A stretch of 64,000 bases of DNA from Phoronis australis (lineage: Eukaryota; Animalia; Phoronida), in NCBI GenBank assembly GCA_002633005.1, contig NMRA01000653.1, forward strand, positions 62,001 to 126,000. Reading direction: 5' to 3'. Below are positions 13,711-27,430 of the stretch, in pieces. The notes under the pieces were generated by a model, which saw only the letters and a program-made list of their open reading frames with translations, was not told the DNA's origin and did no database searches. The translations under genes were made by a program, and so were the position numbers. Position 1 is the first letter of the stretch, and each line of letters opens with the position of its first letter.

Positions 13711-16349
13711 GTAATTGGGTTGTCAAATAGATGTTTCAAAGATAGAAAGATTAGCTCGTGAAAGTAAAGTGGGGAGTCCTGTTGTTAATGTTTTAAAATA
13801 ATATGAATTATGGGAAGACGCACTTTATTGCAGCCGCACACGTAATGTTATGTTATGTCAGGTCACCAAAATAGTTGACCGTACAAAACTATGATACTGA
13901 AATGAAATAAAATCAGTCTTGCCCGACTGCTTAACGTTAAACATTTCTCTATATGAAATAAAAATAAGTTTAACTCAGACAATATATGAACTGCGTACAT
14001 ATATGTGCATGTACTTTTGCCCCGGGCTGACTGGACAATCAGTGACTGGACTCGTTTTTAAAGTTCCAAAGTGTTGCCTACTGTTGCGAAAGAAAACTTA
14101 ACGCTTTGCAGATTCATTTAGTCCACAGACAATGAGATTAGAAGCCGCCGTGCATAAAAATCGAAAAATTGATCTCCACGGTCGATTTTCTGTAGTAGGC
14201 CTATATATAGTGTGTTGGCCTACTGGTTTTCCAGATCTTCAACTGAAGCAAAATTTTGCTGTTGTTGCACCAGGCTTTCTTGTGAGCATTCAGGTCTGAG
14301 TGACAAAGTGGTCCACCGTTTTTTGTATTATTACATGCGCGCACCCAGCCTTCAATATGCTGACGTTGTGAACATTTTGCTAACAAAAGAGCTGGCGGAC
14401 TAAAAAAGAAAAAAAAAACAGAGCAACACTGTGAAGCCAGTGCGCGTTTGCGCTTATTTCAGTGGACTTTTGTCCCATGATTTTCCCGGACTTTTTGTCT
14501 ATGTGGGGCGGACCTTTTTGTCCACTTCGCTAAATGGGTGCTCGTTCGAGCCCCCCGAGCGTCTACGGGGCATTTCCTAGAATTTATGTGTCTTCGGGTT
14601 CCGCCACCGGGTGGCTATTGTGTGGAATGCGTTGAAAATAATTTCAAGGAGCCTGATTCAGTGCTTGCTTTTTAAACTTTAAAAAGTTTTTTAGCCGTGA
14701 CTTACTTTTCAGTACGTCACTGCGCGTTGTACAATGGTGGCTGTCAATGGTCGTTTGCTGTATCAGTGAGAAACCGCGGGAGCAATGAGTGACTGGTCAA
14801 AAAGATGATCATCATCCACTGATCGAAGTGGTACGGTAGCTGAGGGGGCATAGTATGACCACTTTTAAACTCTAGTCAGTACGTGAAGTGCGAGCATTCT
14901 GAATCTGCAGTCAGCATGAAAATGGTCATTTTGGGGAGAAAACTGTCAAGTTTGGCGGGTTTTTTTGTAATATTTTTGTGTGCCGGGATTTTTTCCGGAA
15001 TTAACGGCTTGCCTCACTGGGAGAAATCACTCTCAGATATTCAGTCAAAAATATGTTTAACGTAGTGCTTGTGAGTTGGGAATGCAAAAAATCTCTTTTT
15101 TTTTAGACTCTTGATGAGGACCTGCGGAAAGGCCTCACCTCTATGCTTCGGTGTGTGTGAGCAGCCAAAACTCCGCTGTAATGTGAGTGTGTCCCACGGT
15201 TCAGCCGGTCTCGAGTCACGTTGCGGTATGCGCTGCGCCACCTGGTAGCGATAAAGTACTCATATCACGCTGGTATTGTTTGCCGAAGTGTCTCTCTTAA
15301 AAAATAAAAAATGACGATTTCTTTCTGATTTTGTATTCTGGAATTAGGATAAGCAGGTAAGATGCATTTAAGAGGAAACTTACAAACATACGTATTATCT
15401 TTACTTCTGGTTCTTTATGTGCTATGGGATTGATGCAGTATTTGATGGGCGGGTTGCCTCTCGCGATTTCTTCGAAAAATATTTAGGTCAGCCAGCCAAT
15501 GCCTACCATAACACCGCCCAGCATAACACTCATAACAGGTACGTGACGCGAAATAAATATTGGGATTGACGTAGTTTGTTGAGAAACAAGTTACTCCCTT
15601 CAACTTAACTACTTACATCTACGTTTATGTGTTTTGAATTTGGTATATAATAAAAGCATGTAACAGGCAAGAAAATGAGGAGCATTGAGCCATTGAGATA
15701 TTCTTTGTATGCGAATGTATGGTGGTGGTGGTGGGTGCCTTGCACAACTTCTTGGAAAAATATTTCACTCAGAATTTCCAGTAGTGATTTAAACTAACTG
15801 GTGTAGTTTGTTCTCAGTCTGCTGAATGTGTTACATGATGGAGCCCCACTCCCTGGTGTTAAAACAACACCTGATCATCTTTGTACCAATCATTGAGGCT
15901 AAATTTGAGTAGCAAACACAGCTAAAAGGTGACAGCTAGCTGCTTTGGACTTCAGTTCAAAGTGAGTAATCCTTCCATGCTTGGTTCTGATAGGTCAGTT
16001 TTCTCTAGGCAAGTTACATGCATGGTATTCATTTCGCTCACTACAGGGTCTGAGCTGAGTCCACAAGGGGTATAGGTTGTTTACACTACTGTTAACTGAG
16101 ACCCAGCATATGAGAACATCTGTATGCCACCAGAGACAGTGGTGTTCTTCAATGGAAATATTTTGAAGTGTACAGAGAGGGTCTGGCATATCTGTAACAC
16201 TAGCTTTGCTTCTTGGTACAGTGATACTTGGTGTTACAATTTTATTCATTCCACTATCAGGAGTCCCGTTATAACAGAAAATCCAAGTATTGAAGGACCT
16301 TTACTTCTGTATTCGGGAAGTTAGATTTGTGCATGCTCGCCCATACGAA

Positions 16350-16645
16350 AAAGAAAGTGAGAATCTCACTGGATTCCAGTTAGATTCCAGTTAGATTCTC
16401 ACTAAATCACCAATTTTTTTAGAAATGCCAGTGAGAACCCAGTGGGAATTGAACAGCAGGGGCAGTCAGTGAGAATGAGTGAGAAAATATTATGTAACAG
16501 TGAGAATCCAGTGAGAATTTTTGGTCTTAGAAAAATTTTGAGTGAGAATCAGTGAGAATTTCAGACTTAGGAAAAATCTGAGTGAGAATTGAGTGAGAAT
16601 TTGGACTTGCCAAAATTGGAGTGAGAATTCAGTGAGAATCTAAGA
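16350..16645. repeat. Array of AGTGAGAA motifs, probably transposon subterminal repeats
   Basis: About a dozen AGTGAGAA/TCTCACT copies, mostly in pairs with ~30-bp periodicity. Confidence 0.7.
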
Positions 16646-17134
16646 TAAACAAACACCCTGATTGGCTGTAACTGTACAAATTTCAGTTGAACCAGATTTC
16701 TGAATTCAAACTAAAATGGCGCCAGGAATGAGCAGTTGGAGAAATAGCTTGAAGATTGTTGATGTTTTTCTCACAAATATTCTGAAATTACTGAACAGTT
16801 TGTCTGCAAGTCAACCACAGGTGATCCTGGACTGATTTTGCGTGTTAATAAGCTTAAGGTAAGTACATTTCATACATGTAGTAGAGTGCATGAAGCACCA
16901 GTATTAGGCTGATGTCTTCATTCTGTGCATGTTGACAGCTGAGTTTTCAGTATTTTGCTGATTCACCAAAGGCATTATAGTTATTATTTTATGTCTGCTA
17001 TATTTCACAATTAGCAATTATTAAATTGTATCCTTAGTCAAAGTTCAAGATAAACTCACAAAAATAAGCAGTGTTTTGGTTACCAAAAAGGTTTGATCTC
17101 GATTCTATTCAGTCAGTGGCTGAAAAGGCACACA

Positions 17135-17288
17135 NNNNNNNNNNNNNNNNNNNNNNNNNNNNNNNNNNNNNNNNNNNNNNNNNNNNNNNNNNNNNNNNNN
17201 NNNNNNNNNNNNNNNNNNNNNNNNNNNNNNNNNNNNNNNNNNNNNNNNNNNNNNNNNNNNNNNNNNNNNNNNNNNNNNNNNNNNNNNN
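17135..17288. other. Assembly gap (N run) flanked by (CA)n
   Basis: Run of N characters with CA repeats on both sides. Confidence 0.99.
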
Positions 17289-18027
17289 CAAACACACTCA
17301 CACACACACACACATCCAATGAGTAGGGGTAAGGCAATCTTTGGCACACCGTGAATGCATGTCAATGAACAGCTGATAAGAATACAGCGCACAAAAGAAA
17401 TCCTGTCTGCATGTAACTGCAGCTGTTAATTACTTCCGCCTCACCCCAAGTTTGCGGCCACATGGTGATTAAAAGTGGCACAAAATACTCGAGAACAAGT
17501 TACCATACCTAGATGAGATGAAGTAAGAAATGTCTTAAGTTGGGCAAGTTGTACTAGTTTGAATGGCATAGACACAGCCCTCAAACATATTGGCAATTCG
17601 TTCCAGGATTAACTTGTTCTACGGCAAATCTGTGTATAAACACTAGTTTACCCTTTTTGTTGAGTATATAGTCAATCATAGACCAAAGCGCTACTGGACC
17701 ATCTGGTTTGAGATTGCACTTGGTACTCAAATAGGTTTGCCCAAACTAAACGAACGAAGATCTTGCGTGTCAATGTTTAAAAGTGTTATGATTTTTATGC
17801 ATTCCTTTTTGTGAATGATGATTTGAATGTAAATATATGGCATTTACTATTGTATATTACGCGTCGTTTGAATAAGGACAAACACAAAGAGCTTGAAATG
17901 TCGCTTAAAATACTGTGTGAAGTATAGATATAAGTAGAATATGGGACTTCTGCAGTCAGCGGCAAAGCCTTGCGTACTGTGGAATGCCTGAGTGGCCCGG
18001 CGTCTAGTTCAGTGTTTTATCTAGTAC

Positions 18028-19516
18028 TTTTTATGCGCCCACATATTTATATGTGGACGCATTATGCCGTTATCTCCGTCCGGGCGGGCGGCGCCCGGCG
18101 TCCGCTGCTCTATCTCCAAAACCCTTTGACATACGTTCATGAAATTTGGCACATATGTTCCATTCATGAATGGGACGACATGTGCGAACTTTCGGACGGA
18201 TATGACTACCGGTGTGCCCCCTAGTGGCATTTTTAGTTTTTTACGCTTACCTTTGTATCTTCAAAAGTCCTGAACGGATTTTTATGAAATTTGGTGTGTA
18301 GGCACCTATTAGTGAGATGACGCTGTACTCCCGTTTTCTGATGGAGGCGGCATAGTTTGCGCCACCTAGTGGCCATTTTTAGTGTTTTCGAGTTTTTGTG
18401 CGTCCACCCCTCTATCAACCAAACCGCTCAAAGGATGATTGTGAAAATTGGCATGTATTTGCTTACTATAAAGAAGACAGCTGACAATGATTTGCAGACA
18501 ATTTTGAGTACTGTGGCGCCTCCTAGTGGCAGTTTTGTTTTTTTGCGCCTATGGCTGTATCTCCTAAACCGTTTCCAGGATCTTTATGAAATTTAAGTGT
18601 ATTTATATGATGTTAACAACAGACGATGACGACTTTTGGATGGATCCGCCTACCAGTGTGCCCCCTAGTGGCAATTTTATTTTTTTACGTTTACCTCTGT
18701 ATCTTCACAAGTCCTTAACGGATTTTCATGAAATTTGGTATATAGGCACCTATTAGCACGATGACGCTATCCTCCCGTTTTCGGATGGGTTCGACCTAGT
18801 TTGCGACACCCAGTGGCCATTTTTACTGTTTTTGAGTCTGTTTTTTGGCGTCCACCCCTCTATCAACCAAACCGCTCTAAGTATGATTGTGAAAATTGGC
18901 ACGTATGTTCTTACTATGAAGAGGACGGCTGACGCTGAATTTCCCATGACTTTGATTACTGTGACGCCTCCTAGTGGCATTTTTTTGCGCCCATGGCTGT
19001 ATCTCCCAAACCGTTTCCAGGATCTTTACTAAATTTAGCAAGTGTATTTATGTGATGTTGACAACGGAGGATGATGACTTTAGGATGATTCTGTTTACCG
19101 GTATGCCTCTAGTGGCAATTTTAGTATTTTACATTGACCTCTGTATTTTCATAGGTCTTCAGGTGTATACTTTACGTGTTACTTCGTGACTATGAAGGAA
19201 AAGTTCCAAGTAGAAATTTGTTTCTGGCATTCTAATGCTGTGCTAATCTCGTATGTTGGTAAATTTGTTTTTAATTCTATGTTTCTGTGGTGCTTTAAGC
19301 AACTGATGTATTGGATGTGCTTGTATTATGAAGATCACTCACATTTTGCCCCTAGCCTATTGAGGAGACAATGACCATGCCTTTCCATTTTGCAATGTAC
19401 AACATACTACATATTTGCCCTCTACTGGCCACTTTATGGTACCAATAAACAACCCTAGAAGGATACCGTATACGGTGCAATTGTGGGCGCATTTCAACGC
19501 TCTGCGTTGCTCTTGT
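18028..19516 (+). mobile_element. Non-autonomous Helentron-associated element (HINE/DINE-1-like), apparently full length
   Basis: 5' T-run then subTIR ATGCGCCCACA (18033-18043); internal tandem units containing GAAATTTGG and GTGCCCCCTAGTGGC; 3' subTIR TGTGGGCGCAT (19482-19492), then hairpin CAACGC-tct-GCGTTG and CTCTTGT. Confidence 0.8.
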
Positions 19517-20781
19517 AAATAATTTGGTTATAATGCTCTCCTGAAATATTGTTTTGGTCATGTTTTTCTGCTAATTATACAAATATCGCTTATAGCCATT
19601 AAAATTTGTGTTCTATTTGCAGCTGTCGTTCAGAGGCCAGAGATGAGTGTGGACACCAGAAGGGATTGAACAGGACCAGATGTCAATTGTGTTTGTGTCA
19701 CACACAGTGTATGTATTGATAACTGTTTTTTTCCTCGATCAATCATATTCTTTTGCACATTCATACCTTCACCAACTGACCTTGATTGACAATGGTCAAC
19801 CATGGTTGTCTTTTTTAGAGATGGATAACCACTGTTAACTATGCTTTTGACCATGGTCAACCATGGTGTTGTACTAGAAAAAACTGCTGTCCCCAGTTGT
19901 CCATTCTGTTGTACCAATTTGTTTTCTGTTCATTATTCGTTTCAAAATCGCATAACAAATCATTTAAAATTTGTTTCACATGATAGCACTCGGTTTCATA
20001 TGGCTCCAAACAGCCATTTCTGAGATATGGTGTTCCGATGTTAGTCAAATTTGAACATTTTTCTAAGGTCATGCATAACATTAAGCGCTATGACTTGCTG
20101 GCATGTCAGCCTTTCAATATCACTTTTCATTCAAGGCATTCACAAAAAAGGTTCTGACCAATCAGACATTGTAGAAACCATTTATCACTGAATGTGTAAG
20201 GAAACATTGCTGACAATGGCAATGCTAAGCATGTGAAAACATTCCATGACAAACTAAAAATGAAATTTCTAAGTAAAACAGATGGTTATATAAAAGTAAT
20301 ATTTAACTATCCTTCCGGAGATGCCTTAGATATCGGCAACAATTTCCAGATATGGAGTGATCTCCAGGATGGTACTAGGCCACCTGGAAGGAGGAGATCC
20401 TTTGCCCTCTTGTAATGTTGCTCTCCCAAGGGATTGTCTGTATTTGTTTTCTTACATGTACATGAATACTGATTCTGCTTTCCTCCAATTTTCTTTGGCT
20501 CTTATTAGATTGTGATGTTTTACATGTTTTGATGTACTGTTATTGTCTGCTCACAAGTTTCTACAGCGTCTACTTGGACATTTCACAAATACTGACATAT
20601 TTCACCTAAACAGCACTACTAAAATGGTCTTTCACGGCTGGTTGGTCCCATTTAACCTAATAACTGAAGTTATCATACAACCTATTAGCCAATGAAGGAA
20701 ATGTATTGAAACGAATGATGGAATTGAGCTTCCTTGTTGTATTTTATTCCTTCTGATTCCTTTCAATTTCTATTACAGATA

Positions 20782-22707
20782 ATGGCTCACTGCACAGACG
20801 AAAAAAACTTTCAACGAATACTCGAGTGTCCAGTTTGTCTGGAACGTATCACAGATCCACGCTGTTTACCATGCCTCCACTCGTTCTGTGAAAAATGCAT
20901 TGGGCAACACATGGACGAGAAACAAACAGATGGTTCCTTCCCGTGTCCAGTGTGTACATTGTTATTCGAGGTCCCTCCAGATGGCGTGACGGGGTTCAAA
21001 CGTAACCTCTATCTGATACAGATCAGTGAGTTATTTCCAGAAGTGTCTGAGGTCAAGTGTGACTTTTGTAAGCTTCGAGGTTCTGAGAATTCAGCGACAT
21101 CTATGTGCATTGAATGTGGAGACCATTTGTGTCAGGGATGTGCTGATGGTCATTGTTCAACTAAATTTACTGTTGGTCACAGAGTGGTCAATTTGGAGGA
21201 AATTCGAAATGGTCAGCACGTGGAGGAAATTTGCCAGCGTCAACAAATTCACTGTCCAAAGCACGTCACGAAGACATTGGAGATTTACTGCAAGACATGT
21301 GTAAAACCTCTCTGTCTTCTGTGCGCTATGCTTGAACACGATGATCATAAGAAGGAGGGAATAGAAGAAGCGGCAAAGAAAGCTGTTGACGTCATGCAAA
21401 GTTTACTGGAGCCTTGGACAATGGCTTCAGATCATTCTACCATATTGTCTGCAGAACGCAAGAAGGTACTGGACAGTCTTGGCAAAGAAGAAGAAGAACG
21501 ATTGATTGAGGAAATCCAGCAAGAGTACAGAACGTTTAAAGACTACATTTTGGTGGAAATTGAAGATAAGATGAACAAATCGATTGATGAACTTAAAGTG
21601 GAGATCGCTAAAGCCCGCAAACAAGCAGAGGTGGCATACAATGAAGCTGAATTCAGCAGAGTGACCTTAAGTAACACTTTGAAATATTGCCAAAATATCC
21701 TGGATTCTGCTCAAGATGTTGAAAAACTGCAACAGTTTGGGGACATTAAAGCGCGACTTGAGAAGCTGGACACTTGGAAGCTGGAAAAAGATGTGATCAA
21801 ACCAGTGTTCAGACAGCAGCCGAGCACTTTGGTAATCCCTGATTTGACAAGGAAGACATTGACAGAGCATGAGAAAGGGCGTGTTGCATCGTTGGTGTCA
21901 GAGAGATGTCGTCAGCCTGTTATAAGGGAGGAGGTGTCACTGGTGCACATCTACAATGTGGGAAGCCGTGGCTCTTATGATCTGGCAGTGAATGATGACT
22001 GGTTGATTACTACTCATCTTAACAGTCATCAAGTGAATGTGTTTGACAGGTCAAGTGGTAGTTTATTGTTTCAGGTGGATCATAGTCAACATAAACTACT
22101 GAGCCCGAGGGGTGTAACATGTACTGATGTGGGTGATATATTTGTTACATATGACGGTATTTGTGGTGTGGTGAGGTACAACAGTAAGGGTCAGGTGGTG
22201 GAGGTCACACCGAATGTGGTTAGTGGTAGTAGTGGTATAAGATGTCACCAGGACCAGCTTATTGTCACTGATCGTGATGCTGGTCGTGTGCTTGTGACTG
22301 ACTTTGACTGTAACATTACTAAAGTGATCAGTAAAGAGTCACTTGGACTGACCAAATTCAAACCGTTGTGCGTGTGTGTAGACAACGAGGGACATCTGGT
22401 GGTGATTGATCGTGGTCAAGGTCGTGTACGTGTTATTGACTACAAACAGCCAGCCATAGTTAAAACATTCAGTGAACTATTGAATGCATATCCACTTGGT
22501 GTATGTGTTGATGAGTGGGGACACATTCTTGTTGCTTACAATAACCAGGTAGTGTTAATGTCAGGTCAGTCAGAAGCCATGCGTGTTATCATCTCTCGTG
22601 ATGACATTAGCCATCCTACTGGCCTTGCTGTAACTGGTCCTGGAGAGGTGACGGTGTTGGAGGGTAACACTGGTAAGGTGAAAGTGTTCAAGTACGCTGA
22701 CATTTGA
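20782..22707 (+). CDS. Tripartite-motif E3 ubiquitin ligase (RING, 2 B-boxes, coiled coil, NHL-type beta-propeller), TRIM2/3/56-like
   Basis: 641-aa ORF from the ATG just after an acceptor (..tattacAG). RING CPVC..PCLHSFCEKC..CPVC; B-box1 CDFC..CIECGDHLCQGC..H; B-box2 CPKH..YCKTC..LCLLC..HDDH; long helical region; NHL-like repeats (SPRGV, P.GVCVDE.GHILV, HPTGLAV). Confidence 0.95.
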   Translation: MAHCTDEKNFQRILECPVCLERITDPRCLPCLHSFCEKCIGQHMDEKQTDGSFPCPVCTLLFEVPPDGVTGFKRNLYLIQISELFPEVSEVKCDFCKLRGSENSATSMCIECGDHLCQGCADGHCSTKFTVGHRVVNLEEIRNGQHVEEICQRQQIHCPKHVTKTLEIYCKTCVKPLCLLCAMLEHDDHKKEGIEEAAKKAVDVMQSLLEPWTMASDHSTILSAERKKVLDSLGKEEEERLIEEIQQEYRTFKDYILVEIEDKMNKSIDELKVEIAKARKQAEVAYNEAEFSRVTLSNTLKYCQNILDSAQDVEKLQQFGDIKARLEKLDTWKLEKDVIKPVFRQQPSTLVIPDLTRKTLTEHEKGRVASLVSERCRQPVIREEVSLVHIYNVGSRGSYDLAVNDDWLITTHLNSHQVNVFDRSSGSLLFQVDHSQHKLLSPRGVTCTDVGDIFVTYDGICGVVRYNSKGQVVEVTPNVVSGSSGIRCHQDQLIVTDRDAGRVLVTDFDCNITKVISKESLGLTKFKPLCVCVDNEGHLVVIDRGQGRVRVIDYKQPAIVKTFSELLNAYPLGVCVDEWGHILVAYNNQVVLMSGQSEAMRVIISRDDISHPTGLAVTGPGEVTVLEGNTGKVKVFKYADI

Positions 22708-25700
22708 ACTGATCACTTAGCTGCATATTGCACATATTGAACACTGCTTTGCATATGGATGAAAAGTTGCAACTATGTTTTGACTCTAAGGAATCTGTCA
22801 GTTACTGTTTTAAAACCATGTACTGTGTATAGAATAGTGTAAGGTTCTTTTGAACTACACTCTTAGCATTAGATTCTTTCAACATATTTTGATTTGATCA
22901 TAAAAATTATGGATTTAAAGTAGCTTCAGGAATTGGAATTGCCACCTCAAGTAAAATTTTCGTACTAGCAAAAACTAAGAAATGCATCTTTTCATGTTCA
23001 TCATAATTTCTTTGTCCAAATGCCGTAGCCATCAAGAAAAGTTCGTTTTTAGTTGTTAGCAGATGGCCAACGCAGGTTGCAAGAAGTTGTACATTGAAGT
23101 TGTGAATCTGTTACTAGGAAAACATTGCCACTGCATGTTGCAAAAACCACTGAAATTCAAAGAGTCTACAGAATGGATGTATTGCAACAATTTCTGAATA
23201 AGCTGATTCTGTGAGTAGCTGTTACACAATGGACAATTTGCTACCAGCTTTTTGCCCATTCATTACAATATTGTTAAAGCATAAATCTTTACAGTGTGTG
23301 TTTCACTTAACTGTCTGAGTGAAATTAGGGTGAAACGGACTTTAGATTTAATGTTTTTCCTTACACAGTTCAAACTATGGATGTTGGTACCTTCATGATG
23401 TTGATTATAATGGCTCCTATAGCGATTCACCTTCTCCTGCTATCAAAAAGATTTTTATGACTGGCTTCAAACTAGGATTGAATATTATGTATCATACTGG
23501 GATCCAGTGTTTCACATTGTTGCTTAATTGTGCTATGTAGAAATGTGACAAATTGCTGTGTTGATCTTCGTGTTGGTGATTGACCCAACAGTGAAAGGTA
23601 TCATTAGTGAAAACCATATTTAGTCAGCCTATCAAAGGGACATTCTCGGTGAGAAAAGAAATTTTGCAGTTGAACTGAATGTAACCCACTGGTTGGGCAA
23701 TCGCTGCGGAATGTCTGCTGCTGACCAAACCCCACATTTGAAATCAAGGTTTTGGTGTGTTTAGCTCTAGACAAGGCTAATAATTTCAACAAGTCCATCA
23801 CATCCAACTTTAGTCCCAAAAATTCGTTTTTGACTTTGAAAATAATCATCCCTCCAACTGTTTCAGTGCTCTGGCATCCATGGTCTATAGGTGGTGTACC
23901 ACAGGGGGATATGATGGGGGAGAGGCTATAGCCCAACCACTTTTTTCAGTGCTGTGTTGCCCATGACAATGATATTGTTTGAACAAGTTGGGACACATTT
24001 TAAAGCGGCAAGCTGTCGAAATGCTATGTTGGCTTCTTGGAAGTAACGTGGTTTATATAGTTTCTTAGAGAGGGAGGGAGTGAGGTTTGTTGCTATAGCA
24101 GGCCTGTAGGAAGGCAAAAAATTATTGGGTGAATAAACCATTTTGGCTTCGTCAAAACAACCCCCCTCCCCCCCCNGCTTGTACCGGCCGTCTGCGCTCG
24201 CTCCTAAGGTGAAAATTCGTTTTATTGTGATCCAGTTTCCGGAAAACTTTATTTTATTATGATCATTCTTTGAAGGAGTTTTTTTGAAAAGGTGAGGTAC
24301 CGAAGTCCGTGGTATTGTGCCTTTGGCGCTGTTTCAAAATGCAGTGGCTGAAACACGACCGATAGTTCAATTTCTGGAGGCTGGGGAAAAGGATAGTATG
24401 TTCCAAAAATGTACACACTTCCTGAACGCCTGGAGTTCAAATTCAGTTCTCGTGGATCACTGAGATTCTGTGAGGATCTGATTGCGTAGTTACATCTTAT
24501 TTTAATGTGGGTACGTCAGTCAGGACGTGCACGCGAATAACGCAAGCAAACAAAAATACTACTGGAAACTAAAAACACCAAAGAAGTACAAAGACAACCT
24601 TTCTAAGCAATTGGTTTCATTTTATTAATTTAAGGCTTTTTAAAACATATTTCCTATTTACGGTTTGTGAGTCCGAATTTCATCAAGGTCTCTGGGAGTT
24701 ATTTTAGATATGCAAAAATGGTCTATAAGTGTACTTTACTATTTGGGGATCGGATTATAGTGCCCGGTTTTTCCAACTTCAGGCTGAAATCAAATTCACT
24801 GAAACATCATCAATTCTTACAAGACTAGCTTCTAATTATCAAAAATCATCTATGAATCTGTCGATTTTCGTAGATACATAAACAAGTAAATCAGAAACCA
24901 ACAAATTCTTTTATAAAACGGAATGTTATAACCAATTTCCGCATGCATGCTTGCAGACTCTTGACTGTAACCGGGGAAAGATGAGGCATTGGTATTAAGG
25001 TGCGTTTTTGCTTATTTCAGAAGTACCTATAACGGTACACGAGGTAAACTTGAACTCCTATGACAAAAAACAAATCTTTGTTTATGATTGCGAGAGTTCT
25101 TTGAGTACCCCTTCGACATGTACACGATCATTACAAGTAGCCGAGACAGCAATGTTTTCCACATGTGGGAATTCCTTGCGATCAACTCATAGTAACCATC
25201 TTCAAAAGAGATACTATTCTTGTGATACCACGGGAAACAGTAACATTATTTTATAACAAAGCATCGGAATTAGACTAGTGGTCTTCACGTTCTTCAAAAT
25301 GCCACCTTTTCGGTGGCGGCTGCATTTTTCACATTTTTGGTTGTTTGGGTCGAATTGTGCTGTGCACGTTTTGTGTTTTTTGTTGATTTTCATGGGAATT
25401 TCATGTACATGTATAGAGGGACATAGGGGCATCCCCCCCCCCCTCCCGGCGAACCGCTCCACCGAGAGAGGGTACCGTCTGAAATTGGGCACCTTTTAAA
25501 AGATGAAAGGTTAAACATCATTAAGCTTGGAAAAAAGAGTGACAGTGCATTCCACCGTCGTGTGATCCATAACGATGCAGGGAGTGGTCTTCTTCAAAAT
25601 GAATGCCGGTTGCTCGATTTCACAAAAACAGGAAAATAGATGAAATCGATTACAACATGAGGCCCTCTCTTCGTTAGCGGCCCCTTAAGAATTTGTCAAT

Positions 25701-27285
25701 AAAAACACAAAAGGGTGGCCACTTGAATGTCATCAATGACCTCCTTCAAGGTCGGGGCCCCTAAATATGAAAATATCTATTTTCAAATATCAGGAAATGC
25801 GCAGCAATTGATGTTATCTGTCAAGTCATCAAGTTTTCTCAAGTAATATACAGTTTCGAGAAAATATAAAGCGATAGTTGTCTCCGCGTTATCCCTTGCC
25901 AGAGAGGGGCATATGGAAAAATATAGTTTTGCATTTGCAAAATTGACTTATTGAATTGAAAACTCCAGTAAATTAGTGCGCTCCGCAAAAGCATCGATTT
26001 ACAAATTTTCTCGATTTTTAGAAATATTATTGATTTCGTGCACGATTTCAATTGCGTTTAGGCGACCTGTGCTGCAAAAGCGGAGACCCTAACGACAATG
26101 TCCCGGCCAGTGTCCTCAAATGGTGAACCATGCACTGATGCAGAGTTGTTTGATGTTCTCTTGAATTTCTCTCAAATCCGTATTTCGCAGTCTTTCTTGT
26201 CTCCTTAGCCCCACGTCTATGTGGGTTGCCAAGGTTTAGCCCTGACACCTGTAAATTTTTTGGGGGGCCTGTGTTCCGCCGGCTCCNTTCCTACGGCTCT
26301 GTTTAGAGTACATTTCATGAAAGTTGTGATGCAAATTTAAAAAGACAAGATTCGGCCTTTTCTCTTTCTGATGTCACACAACTGAAATTTGACGCCACTT
26401 CAGCATATAGTGTTTGCCGTGATTTTTGAACTGAAAGCCACAGATACTTTGGTAATGACGGAGTGTTCAACATTTCTGTGCTTTTGGGAAGGACAGAGGC
26501 AAGTGTGCGTTTCGTACAATCGAAAAATCGCAGTCTCTTGCGTCAAAGAGATAATTGATTTCTACAGTCTTTTTCGCTGCTTTTGTACCTGCTCTCGGTA
26601 CCTGTTCAGCCGTCTATGCTCTGTGGGATTGGTGATTGGCATGTCAATGGGCTGGCGTAATCTGTCGCTCTACGCAAGGGCACGAAATTGTACGCATATA
26701 CGCAAAAACAGATAAAGCATTCACGGCGCCACGTTACTTGTGTAGCGCGTTACGAACTGTGGTCGGGCAGGCGTTCGTTCTTTTACATGGTGTCACTGTG
26801 GGAATGTTCTGCAAAGAACATTTAGTCTGTTTACTGGGTCTCGAAATATGATCAAGGGAAACTTCAGGATTACAGCTACTAAATCACTCATTTCAGTGCA
26901 CATCATCTTTGAAGCTTTTCATTTAAAATGAGTATTTTTATGTCCCAATACACCCCTTTATATTGGAGGCCCATCTTAAACATAATGATTCTGCCTGCCC
27001 AGGCCGGTCGTCACGTAAACAATATGACACAACACAGAGTACATTGGATGTAACGAATTCTATTAATTAAAGTAGAAGATAAAAAACAAAGTAATCACGG
27101 CGCAGTCAGCTGTCGGGTGTGAGATTTTGAACAAAAATTGAGATAGCAGAGATGAAAGATATCCCTTTCGTAGTTAAAATTCCTTCTCGCGAGAAACTGA
27201 TGAAGCAGTTTTGTGTTGTACAGTAACTCAACATCATGAACTTTTTAAAATTGTCTAAAAAACCTTGAAATCCATGTTTTTAAAC

Positions 27286-27430
27286 TTTTTAGAAGTGTTT
27301 CTGTATTTTCATTGTTACTGAACTTTCGAATAAATTGCGTTGGATAATTTTGTTAACCTTTTTAGAAGTGTTAATGTATATTCATTGCTGCTGAACTGAT
27401 GAATAAATTGCCTTGGTTATTTTGTAAACG
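27286..27430. repeat. Tandem duplication of ~73 bp
   Basis: 'tttttagaagtgtt..tgtat.ttcattg..ctgaact..gaataaattgc.ttgg..t..tttgt.aac' occurs twice. Confidence 0.8.

Noticed and set aside
17071-17392. ORFs spanning the N run
   Set aside because: Artefacts of the assembly gap.
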